From contig JBNGIO010006379.1 in the NCBI GenBank assembly GCA_049999805.1, positions 997,971 to 1,061,970 on the forward strand: a DNA stretch of 64,000 nucleotides. The letters run 5' to 3'. This DNA is from Folioceros fuciformis (taxonomy: Eukaryota). The translations under genes were made by a program, and so were the position numbers. Numbering within the stretch: the stretch's first letter is position 1; every line of letters starts with the position of its first letter. Below, in pieces: positions 36,297 through 46,527 of this stretch. Under the pieces are notes generated by a model. The model did not search any database and was not told where the DNA came from. It saw only the letters and a program-made list of their open reading frames with translations.

Positions 36297-37133
36297 TGAC
36301 CATGGTCAGGAGAAGTGCTGTTTGCCGCCAAGTCTGTGGAGCCAGGCAGGAGGAGTAGGCGGGAGACGAGCGCGGGCATCATCAGTATCAGAGGTTTTTA
36401 TCATCCGTGTGTTTTTGTCGTGCCGGCGGCGCTGCCTCCCTCCTTCCCTCTTTTGATCGGAGGAGCGCTGGTGCCCCTCTCAGGCAAAGGCGTGGGTGCA
36501 GCAAGAGCGAGGACGCTGGTGGCCGGCCAGGGTTTATGCCCTGATCTTGCCCGCCGTGTGTGCGCATAGGCAGAGGCGGAGGCAGAGACAGAGGCAGGGC
36601 CGAGTGGAACCGGGCCCGCCCCACACACAGGTCAGGTCAGGTCAGGTTGGGCCTAGGCCGCTGTCATCTTTGGAGCAGGGCGGTGCGCTGCGTGCGATCG
36701 CCTGCGCCACGGACGGCCCGCTCCCGCTGCGGAGCTAGGTAGTGGAAGAGGTGACGCCTGCGGCTCTGTCTGCTGTCTTGTGTGCGCGCGCCCGCCCGAT
36801 GATCTTGCTGTGCTCTTTTGCCTTGACGGAACAGCGGAACGGATAGCCGGGCCTCAATTCTCCCGCACCCCCCCTGCCCGCCGGCCCAAACCTATCCATG
36901 TCCTGTGCCTGGCGCCGGGGGGAGGGGAGGTTAGGACCATGGTGTTAGGTCATGTGTGTTTGACTGCTGGTTGACTCGTGCGCTGGTGTTGGAGTGATAT
37001 TGTAGACTAGTGTAGTGTAGGGTGCGCTGGAGAAGCTCAATGTGGTACGCGGCTTAACACCTCCGCTGGCGCCGGTTTGTGCTTGTGGCAGGCAGGCAGG
37101 CCTAGTATGGCGGGTCCTGGAAGTGGTGCGGCC
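36297..37133 (+). promoter_or_regulatory. shared 5' module, copy 1 (promoter palindrome, 5'-UTR blocks, minimal uORF, UTR intron, first 9 codons of GIP1-like gene)
   Basis: Blocks TGACCATGGTCA 36297-36308, TCGTGCCGGCGGC 36418-36430, AGGGTTTATGCCCTGATCTTGC 36529-36550, GTCATCTTT 36663-36671, CGATCGCCT 36695-36703, GGAGCTAG 36731-36738 and MAGPGSGAA 37107-37133. All recur collinearly upstream of the G3BP-like gene. Confidence 0.85.
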
Positions 37134-40100
37134 GGGGGCGCTCTCCCGGCTGTTGCCAGCGCCAGCGCCTCCAGCTCCGCGGGTATCCCCTCCAATGCTC
37201 GCAAGGTGGTGCAGCAACTGAAGGAGGTGGTGCCAGGGACCGATGATGAGATCTACGCTATGCTCAGGGACTGTAACATGGATCCAGACGAGACGGTGCA
37301 GCGGCTGCTCAACCAGGGTACGCTCGCCTCTGCTGCGGCGTTTGTCGTTGCTACTCGCTCTTTCAGATTGGGACTTTCGTTTGCGTCTTAGGAACGCGTG
37401 GCTCTCGTGCTAGCCACTCCACCCCGAGACGCAGGTCAGGTTGGGTGGGTGCTCTTGGCCCCGCTCCACGGATGTTCTGTACGCCCAACCTACCTTGAGG
37501 GTGGTGAGGCAGCAGGGGGTGGCCTGAGACATGCAGCCCTCGGAACGGGTGGGGTTGCCGTGGTTGACTCGTAGGGTGTGCCTGAGACACGCAGAGGCTG
37601 CCGTGCGCTTGGACATATCTGCATGTCTGGGATGGATGGAAGCATGGATGGATAGATATATAGCCTTGTCCTCGCTTTACCTGAGATGTCTTCAGCCCTT
37701 CCTAGTTTGTGGATCACCCCAGTCGCTTGACCTGACTTAAGCCCTTCCTAGTTTGTTGAGCACCCCAGTCGCTAGTAACGCTGGCTTGTTTGCCTGTTAG
37801 TCGCCGGGTTTTGGAGCTTAAGGTTGTCGGATTCTACGGCCTCCTGATGCATTTTAGTAGGCCGTGTAGCTCGCTGGGATGTGCGGCGTCACAGCGTTTA
37901 TCTTACGTGGTGTCCTGCCCTGTCCGCAGATCCTTTTCATGAAGTGAAACGGCGGCGAGAAAAGAAGAAAGAGGTAGCGAGAGCACCAACCAGGATTGTC
38001 ACTCAGTGTGCAGCATCTGCCATCCTGTCCGTGGCCTTGTTCTCATATCGTTCCTGCCCTTGTCACCAGCTCGGAGGAAATAAGGACGGTAGTGAAAGCA
38101 GGCAAAGGCCAAATGGTCCTTCCTCAAGGGGAGGAAGAAACGGCCCCTCAGAGCGTGGTGCTGGGAGAGGGAGTGGTGCTCCCCGCTACTCCAGCGGTGA
38201 GTAATCTTTTCTTCTTCGTGGGTTTTACACAGGGATAAGCAGGCGGTGGTAGTTGTGATTGATGACTCCCCTGGGTTGTAGATTACAATGGTGGTGGACG
38301 AGGGAAGCAGTTTGTCCCTCGAGAGAATGGTATTCACTCCAACAACCGTGGTTCCAGTGGCATGGCGTCGGCTACAGCTTCATCTGGCTCAGGTTTTAGC
38401 CTGTCGAAAGGCTTCCCATCCGGAGCAAGGTGCGATTTTCTCATTTTTTTATGTCACTGTTTTTTATGTGTCTGTAAGTTCCATTATGTCTGTGTGGCGT
38501 TTTCAGACTAATGGTGAATTTGAACTTGGTGCAGCAATCCGGTATCTGCACCTGCTCCCATTCCACCAACTGCTGTTGCTGCAGGACCTGCTTCCATGCC
38601 TTCGCCTGCCGCAGTGCCTGCACCAGCATCTGTTTCAGCCCCCAGTCTATCCAATGGAAGTTCTGTCTATGCTCGCACAGCGCTTGTAGGTCAAAGTTGG
38701 GTGGCCACTTCCGGACATGCAACTATGGCAGACATTGTCAAGTCCAACGGTGCACCCCCACCAACTCCTCCACTTCCTGCTGCCCTCCAACCATCTCTAC
38801 CGTCTGTTGCACCTCAGCAATATGTTACATCTCCTCCTGCTGGATCTGTGTCATCTGGCGTGTACTCCTCTTCCACTGATCCTGTGCTTCATCCATCTCT
38901 GGATCCCCGTGCTGGTACACCTGGTACAATCAAACGTGAGCTTGGGTCAGTTGGGAATCAGCGCCCAATAGGAGATCGGCCGTCTGTTTCGGTGATTGGT
39001 GATGCGACTTCTATCTCTCCCCCCTCTCATCAGTCTCACATGATCTCTTTAACTGCTACCACTTCCGGCAGTGCTCCCCTTGAATCTGAGGTGCAGGTCT
39101 CTGGGCCGAGTAGCCCGGCTGGAACTGCTGATATCTCAGAAAGGGTGGGCAATCAATCAGCCCTGTCAGATGTTGGAAATGGCGGGGTAGTATCACGCCA
39201 GTCGCCAGGAGCAGTTCAGAGCAATGTGTCTGCAACAACTGTGCCCCGAACAGTGTTGGGTGGGGGCCAGTTCAATGGCAGGTCAGGGTATCAAGCCCAA
39301 CAACCCGTCGGAACTGTAAAATGTAAGCCATTGTGCAGGTCGAGGCTACCTTTTTCCTTTGTTCTTTTTCAGTGAGTTTCAACCTGTCATCGATCAAGCT
39401 GATCGCCTGGTGTTATCCTGCAGCCAGCGGATCTGGGTTGGAATGGAAGCCTAAACCATCAATTTCAAGCTCTTTGGGGATAGGCAGTACCATCGGAACC
39501 TCAAGCTCCTCAGTGGCTGCCCCTGAGCCTACAAGAGCTCCACCTGCACCAGCTCCTGCTCAGGATGCCAGTGTAACAGCTTCAGCGACTACTAAGCTCC
39601 AGGGCCTGAGTATCCAGGATGAGCAACAAGTGATTATACCGAATCATCTTCAAGTGCCAGAGGCAGACCAAGTTACAGGTTTGAGCTTTGGGAGTTTTGA
39701 CGCAGGTTATGGAACATCATATTCCTCAAACTTTGTTCCTGAAGAATCGATCAACTCGACCTTGCCTATTTCCGAGGCAGCACCACTCGTTGAGCCTCCT
39801 GTGGAACAGCCTAGCACAAGGTTTGTCAATCTTGTGTTTTGCGTATTTTTGAAAGCCATCCTTCTGAGACTTCTCCGAACTGACCTTTGGTGTTACTTTC
39901 CTTCTGTCGTTATATCAGTGTTTCGAGTCCCTCGCCAGTATCTCTCAGTCAAAGCTTTGTCCATCAGCCAGTGGCGTCCCCACCAGAAAGCTTGGTTGCC
40001 AGTAATGACGTGACTGCAAGCCCTCCTGTTCCAGCTGTGCAGCAACTGGAGTTGTCGAAGCCGGATCCTGTTGTCCAACAGCACTATCCGTACCACGGGT

Positions 40101-41446
40101 TACCACCTGTAGCTAGTTATCATAGTTTTGGGATGCTGCCACAGATACCATCACCACAGTACTCGTATGAACCAGATCCAGCGCCGGATGTCTCTAGGTT
40201 GCCAAATATAATGGTGAGATCTCTGCCGTGTCGTAGCCTTTGTATGTGTGATGTAGACTTGGCTATTGATGAGATCTTATCACCAATGACGTACTTGTCG
40301 TATGTAGCAGGCATATGCAGATCCCACGCCAAACTATTACACACCGGCTTTCAGACCTGGGGCAGATCCGGACCGGTATCCTGCGTTTTTGGCTAGCAAT
40401 GCAACCAGCAAGTTCAATGGCAATATTGGGCTCCAGAGTCCTCAGACATCACAGGAGGTATGTTTCATGCGGTGCTCAGCTTCCATGTTCCTTCTGTGTC
40501 GTTGGGTACATCTCTCACTGTGCCTCCGTGATGTCTAGACTGGAAGTTCTTTGCCATCAACGGGTGCATCGGTGCAGACGTCTCAGACAGGAAATGCACA
40601 ACCGGCCCCATCCATTCCTCAGCAAGGAGTGCCCATGCATGCTTATACAGCTCAGGCAGGAGTACCTGTGGGACACTTCGCAAGCATTTTTGGGTATCAG
40701 CTTGTGCCTTCCAACTACGCCTACATGCCCCATCCTCCATATCAGCATAGTTACACTGGAAATAGTGGATTTCCTCAGCCTCCTGCCGGTACCAGTTACC
40801 CTCAGGCTGCTGGTAGTAGCTACCCACCTGCTGGAGCTGGGGGTGTGAAGTATGGCTTGCCGCAGTACAAACCTGGCAGCAGTTCAGGCAATGTGCCGCA
40901 CTCAGGAGCTGGTTCAACCTACGGTGGGTACACTCCTACTCCTGCTGGCTATACTTCGAATCCGACTGTGACTGCTGGTAGTGCTAGTGGATACGAGGAT
41001 GTCCCTCAACCTTACAAGGATAACATCTACATTCCTCAGCAACCGGTAAGCCCTTTCGTGCATTGTTGTTATAGTTGATCGGCAGCCCCTCAGGCCGTTG
41101 GTAATTTTGTGTCTGGGATGTTCAGGCTGACGGGAGCACTGTATGGATCCAAACGCAACTGTCACGCGACATGGGTGGTGCTGGGTTGCAGACAAGTTCT
41201 TACTACAACATGCCCAATCAAGTTCAACACGCAGGTTACTCCCACACGCAGCAACCTACACATGCGCATGGTCACCCAGGCGCGGGTTATACCAATTTGT
41301 ATCATCCTACACAGTCTGGACCTGCCCCTAGTGGTCACCAGTTACTTCAACAGCCCCAGGCCCTTGGAGCTACAGGTAGTGGTGGCCAGGCGGGCGCCTA
41401 CCAGCAACCACAACGCACTCAACAGACATGGGCCGCTAACTACTGA
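37107..41446 (+). CDS. GIP1: GBF-interacting protein 1 / DUF1296 family (UBAP2/Lingerer-like), multi-exon
   Basis: N-terminal UBA-like IPSNARKVVQQLKEVV..DDEIYAMLRDCNMDPDETVQRLLNQDPFHEVKRRREKKKE, RG-rich segment, TMADIVK, EWKPKP, VIIPNHLQVPE..LSFGSF, and a long P/Q/Y/G-rich prion-like C-terminus ending WAANY*. Confidence 0.9.
37694..37773. repeat. 34-bp direct repeat in the first coding intron of the GIP1-like gene
   Basis: agcccttcctagtttgt(g/t)ga(t/g)caccccagtcgct at 37694-37727 and 37740-37773. Confidence 0.85.
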
Positions 41447-42465
41447 CTTGTTTGCTGGAGGGTTAAGGGATACGTAGTCACTGACTTGACTCTATTGATG
41501 AGCCAGCACTGGGACGTCGGGAGTTCTTGGGATCTTGTCCTTGACAGGCCCAGGAGCCATGAGAGATGGTGCCACCTAGGAGGGCTTGCTTCTTTTATTG
41601 TCTAGGCAGAGGAGTGGGAGAGGTCGTAGCTCAGATTGTAGCAGGGGCCTTCAATAGGTTGTCCTGAGAGTGTACATAACAAGGTTGAAGCCGATGAACA
41701 TCGATAGGCGTACTTCCGATGGAAGACGGTAGAATGTGGCAGACTACCCGATGATTTGTTTTAGTCCCAGGTTTGGTCTTGTTTTGTGTCTCATTCTGAG
41801 ACCTTGCATGACTCCGGCGTATCACAGCCCACTCATCCCATGCTTTGAAGGTGAGCACCGTTTCCTGGTGAAGATGAGGTACCGGATGTTGTACGAAGTG
41901 GTTGAGACATTGTTGCTGAAATCGTTAATGCTCAAGGCGGATATGTGAAATGGGACCTGGTGTCGCCTCTATTACCCTTAACCCGTCCAGGATTCGTGCG
42001 AGGGGCTTTGTCGAGGCGTACAGTCCGTCAACATTTTCAAATAAATCAACTCTTGTGGATCGAGGGTTCGGTTAACCGGTTGTGCAACGTTCGTGCGAAA
42101 CTTTTCATCACGAGTGATATCGATCGTTCCACGGTCAAACATGCCCGTAGGACTGCTCATCTTCCCTTTCCCTATTTCCCTCATGATAGCTCGAGTTTGT
42201 TGGACTTTTGTGTATGCATCATCGAGACACTTCGAGGCTGAAGCAAGCAAAGAGGCAATTTGGCCGAAACTTGGCTGCTTTACTCGCACGTCCCTATGAT
42301 TTGCTGACCGGGCCGCGATTTGACAGTGGCCCACCCAACGTCGTGGTTTGAATTTGAGAATCACATCGTCTCGTCTCCATTCCCGCCAGGAATTCCTTGA
42401 CCTGCAATGCTGGTGGACGATGGCGGCAGGTACGAGCAGGTAGAGTCCCTCCCCGCGACACCCTC

Positions 42466-43854
42466 ATGGGAAGAAGGGAGGGTGAGCTCCAGGTGACGGT
42501 GGTGGATGAATTCGAAGACTGGCTCCACGATGCCTCCTTCTTCGAGCGGCTTCCGCAGGAGGAACCGGCGAGGAAGGCAAGGGGGCTGATCAGGATGGAC
42601 GATCTGCTCAGGGANNNNNNNNNNNNNNNNNNNNNNNNNNNNNNNNNNNNNNNNNNNNNNNNNNNNNNNNNNNNNNNNNNNNNNNNNNNNNNNNNNNNNN
42701 NNNNNNNNNNNNNNTGCGAGAAGAGACTCCTGTGCCAGGAGGCGCCTGCGAAGAAGGCTTCCAAATGGGGAAGGAGACTCTTCGGGCCTTCCGCCCAAGT
42801 GCCCGCGCCACCTGTCGGGAGCGGGGTGCTAGAAATGGCGCTGCAGGTCATGCCGGACAGAGAGCCCTTGGAGCTCCTGTCTTCGGGCGACCTGCTTGTG
42901 GTAGCCCGTCTCAGCGGCACGATTGACCACCTCTTCTTCCAATGGGTGTTCCATCACATGGCCTTCTCATCAGATTCCGCAGCGGAGGAATCGGCCTCCT
43001 CGATGCTATGTCAAATTGCAGACCCGGCTGAACGATTCTCACCGAAGTGGGGCGGGTGGATGCCAGACGGCGGCTTGTTCGTTTCCGCTTTCCGTTGCCT
43101 AGGGTACGAGGAGGATGCGCCGCCTCCAGGACTGGTCGGCTCGGCAGATGTGCAAGGCGGGTGTCCCAGGAACGTGCGCTCTTTACTCCGGGTTCTGGCT
43201 GCGTTTTCCTCGCCTCCAGCTTTTGCTACTTTTTCGGTCACCGACGCGGAGAGGCTGGTGCTGCTTCTTCTTGGCTTTGTCGGGGATCGTGATCTCCAGC
43301 ACTTTCTGCCTCTCGTGTCTGTGTGCCTGGAGCAACTGCTGGACTGGTTTTCAGTGGATGACTGGCCCCATGTTTTGGAACGAATTGCTTCTCGCCTGGC
43401 CGAAGGAGGCGCCAATAATCTCGTGTTTGTGAAGGGCTATCTGACGTTCCATTGCCGCGTGAGGCAAGTCCAGAGCCAGACGGTCCTGTGTCATCTTCAA
43501 ACGTTCACCAAGACAGGACAAATCCGGTCTGCTGCAGATGTGGTGTCGCTTTTCAAGAATGTGAGTTTGCGAAAGGGAACAGCGTTTCTCGAGCTGTACA
43601 ATCAACTCGTGCTGGCTGATTTGTGGTTGTGGCAAAACCTGCCTACGTGCAGTAAGGATGCCACGGCTATGCAGGCATGGATCTCTTTCTTGCGGAGATG
43701 TTCCACCCAGATTTTCTGCGGAGATACCAGGCTTCATGCTACTAAGCTCAGGGATTGGGCTTCGTTTCTGTGCCATAAGTATACTACTCCAGCGGCCCAT
43801 GAGACGGAACCCGAACAAGGTTGTGAGGTACAGGACACAGGCTGGATAATTTAG
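42466..43854 (+). CDS. intronless helical protein, tentatively NSE6/SLF2 (CANIN/FAM178)-like SMC5/6 accessory subunit; interrupted by a 100-N gap (42615-42714)
   Basis: Long open frame with LIRMDDLL, KWGRRLFG, WVFHHMAFSS, WMPD..F..LGY, CPRNVR, DRDL and WISFLRRCSTQI..DTR..ATKLRD.ASFL. E2F-like ATTCCCGC at 42379-42386. Family assignment is from recalled motif pattern only, and the frame across the gap is unverifiable. Confidence 0.55.
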   Translation: MGRREGELQVTVVDEFEDWLHDASFFERLPQEEPARKARGLIRMDDLLRXXXXXXXXXXXXXXXXXXXXXXXXXXXXXXXXXXCEKRLLCQEAPAKKASKWGRRLFGPSAQVPAPPVGSGVLEMALQVMPDREPLELLSSGDLLVVARLSGTIDHLFFQWVFHHMAFSSDSAAEESASSMLCQIADPAERFSPKWGGWMPDGGLFVSAFRCLGYEEDAPPPGLVGSADVQGGCPRNVRSLLRVLAAFSSPPAFATFSVTDAERLVLLLLGFVGDRDLQHFLPLVSVCLEQLLDWFSVDDWPHVLERIASRLAEGGANNLVFVKGYLTFHCRVRQVQSQTVLCHLQTFTKTGQIRSAADVVSLFKNVSLRKGTAFLELYNQLVLADLWLWQNLPTCSKDATAMQAWISFLRRCSTQIFCGDTRLHATKLRDWASFLCHKYTTPAAHETEPEQGCEVQDTGWII

Positions 43855-44374
43855 GAAAACCGTTGGGCAAGGTTCTCAAGAGTCTCAAGCTCAGCGAAGG
43901 TGCTTGTTTCACATTTGCTTGAATGTACCGATGTATTGAGACACTTCACTCCTAGGTGAAGAGTGCATTAGGTTTACCATGGACTCTTTAGGGTGTCTTG
44001 AATGGGGTCGAGGCTGAGGAAATGCTGCTTACTATTACCCAAGAGGTTGTACAAGAAAAATTACATTTGAGGGTGGGAAGAAATAAAGATTCACCTTAAT
44101 CAACATGGCTTCAAGATTATCATGAAATGCAGCTATGTTGAAGAGGTAGAGAACAAATACACAAAGCACACCAAAGATATCTATTGAAACTCTAGATTAC
44201 AAAAGTTATAAGTTTACTCTTTGGATCCAATTCAATTTCCAAAGTGCGTTGGTCTTAGAGCGTTCTCCGCATGATGCGGAGTGCGCCTGAATATAAAGTT
44301 ATTACTAAGAGATGAACCCTACACTACACTATTAGTACATGAATGAAAGAAGGTATGCTGATCTACAGCACACA

Positions 44375-44537
44375 TAGATCCAAACTTCTTCATTTTGACA
44401 CTTTCAAACCACTTTGTTCTCATTGTGCCAGTAAATCCAAACTTCTTCATTTTGACACTTTTAAAACACTTTGTTCTCATTGTGCTGGTAGATCCAAACT
44501 TCTTCATTTAACACTTTCAAAACACTTTGTTCTCATT
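44375..44537. repeat. three tandem copies of a 57-bp unit
   Basis: tagatccaaacttcttcattttgacactttcaaa.cactttgttctcattgtg units start at 44375, 44432 and 44489. Confidence 0.9.
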
Positions 44538-44999
44538 TGTTGCACGAGGTGATATGCTTTTTTGGCTTCTACATGGACAAGGTCTTTTTTACACAGGTAT
44601 GTCTTCTTGTGTTTGAAATCTCATGATAAAATGTCGAAAATTAGCTAGGATTATGATTCCTTGAAAAGTGGAAAACAGACTTCATGCATTCCTTGAAAAA
44701 TGAGAAATTACTTTATGGAATTCAAACGTTTGGTCCTAAACCCTAAGAAATTTAAAAGAAAATTTTAAATTTTAAATAGAATGATAGATGAAAGAATACT
44801 TATCATGTGTAAGGTTTTCTACACGATCTACTTAAGTACGGTGTATTAACTCAAACAAATCACATTGTTGGTAAGGTTTTGAATGCATGTAGCTATCACA
44901 ACATAACGTGTATGGAGCTTGGGATTAATAAGCTCTTATTCAACATGGGTCTTTGTTTTCCATCCATCGTCCTTATCGTCGTTCCTTGCATGTTTCTTC

Positions 45000-45305
45000 T
45001 CTTATTCTCTTATGTTTGCTTCAGGGCCATTGAAACATTTCTTCCCTTGTCCTCTTATGTTTCCTTAGGGCCATTAAAACTTGTCCTCTTATGTTTGCCG
45101 TTTCTTCCTTTGTCCTCTTATGTTTGCCGTTTCTTCCTTTGTCCTCTTATGTTTCCTTAGAGCGATTAAAACTTGTCCTCTTATGTTGCCTTGGGGCGAT
45201 TAAAACTTGTCCTCTTATGTTTGCTTAGGGCCTCCAAAATGATTATTCTCTTGTCTCTTATGTTTGCTTCTCTTATCCTCTTCTTTTTGCTTCTCTTGTC
45301 CTCTT
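45000..45305. repeat. degenerate minisatellite with tgtcctcttatgttt core (about 29-35 bp units)
   Basis: Core recurs about 8 times, alternating with ccgtttcttcctt and ccttagggccattaaaact spacers. Confidence 0.8.
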
Positions 45306-45780
45306 CTAAACAAGTTGGCTTCGGGGTCATCGAACATTTCTTCTCTTGCTGTGATATGTTTCCTTGAGCGCCATCGAAATGGAAGTGGTTCAATTTCCAT
45401 CCTCCTTGTCCTACTCCATTGCTATTGGAGTTCTTGGAAGAGAAGTGAAAGTTCTTTCCCTTCCTATGAAGGTTCTCCTCGAAAGGGGAGTGGAAGCCGT
45501 CTCCTCCAAAGGGAAGTGGAAGTCCTTTTCCTGTTGTAGCCCTCTAGTCACATTGGAGGCCATAGACGGAGAGTTGGGCCCTCGGTGTCCTCCACCTACA
45601 CCAACACGAGCAACAATAAATAACTAAGAGAAAAAAGAAATGAAAATAGTATTTTTCCCTCCCATACACAGAGCGCTAGACAAAAGTTACCCTAGGTTTC
45701 AGGAAGCCAATTCCAGAGAACCTCTCGCCTTAAGCCAAACCGTCCGAGTGCTCGGCGGTACGGCTAATTGGTTCAACGGA

Positions 45781-46110
45781 TTCACCAGGGCTCGCCCTTC
45801 CAGCTTTTCATGGTAAGCGAGTAATGCTTTCACCAGGACTCGCTCTTCCACCTCTACACTGTAAGTGACTAACGATTTCGCCAGCCAGGTCCAGCTGGCC
45901 CTTCCAGCTGCACGCGGTAAGTGAAGAACGCTTTCACCAGGGCCTAACCCTCAAGGTCTTCACAGTTAGCGAGTAACTCTCTGGCCAGAGCTGACCCGTC
46001 CCTCTCTTCACGGTAGGTGAGTACCTACCTTCCACCAGAACCGGTCCTTTCAACTCTTCACGATAGATATGTATCTTTCACCAGGGCTAGGCCCTTCTGG
46101 ATCTTCACGG
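45781..46110. repeat. seven degenerate ~48-bp tandem units downstream of the G3BP-like gene
   Basis: TTCACCAG-like anchors at 45781, 45829, 45877, 45933, 45981, 46031 and 46077. Confidence 0.85.
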
Positions 46111-46527
46111 GAAGGAATTAAAAAAAATGTGCTTCAGAGAGTTTGCACCCTCCACCAAAGGGCCACCACAATAAACAGTCCAGGGACTGGGCTAATCCTT
46201 CCATGGATTACATAATTTCGAAAATCCTACACTCTGCAGACAAACAAAAATGCAATGGAGAACAGAGACCCCATGTAATCCCTCTTCCAACAATAACCTA
46301 AGCGCCTCAACACAGTTACCAGTCGTTACTTTATCTAACGGCCCCCACCCGAAGGAGCAGTTCCTAGCTTGAAGAAGCAAATGGGCACAGGGGAAAAACC
46401 ATGATGACTTGCATGACGACCAGAATGCATACGCTATGCCAGCACATGAGCGGTACATACTTACGAACTCTCGTGTGTGGTAAGCACAGCGATCAGCACT
46501 CCAGAAGGCAACACTAAAAAAGACAAG

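Noticed and set aside
41748-41800. possible box C/D snoRNA (cgatga...ctga) downstream of GIP1
   Set aside because: Imperfect box C, too short, no terminal stem and no recognisable rRNA guide.
44734-44746. telomere-like taaaccctaa here and at ~50126-50139
   Set aside because: Only 1-2 units in AT-rich repeat DNA; not an interstitial telomeric array.
45781-46110. CRISPR-like repeat/spacer appearance of the 48-bp array
   Set aside because: The whole unit is homologous and degenerate with no unique spacers, there are no cas genes, and the context is eukaryotic.
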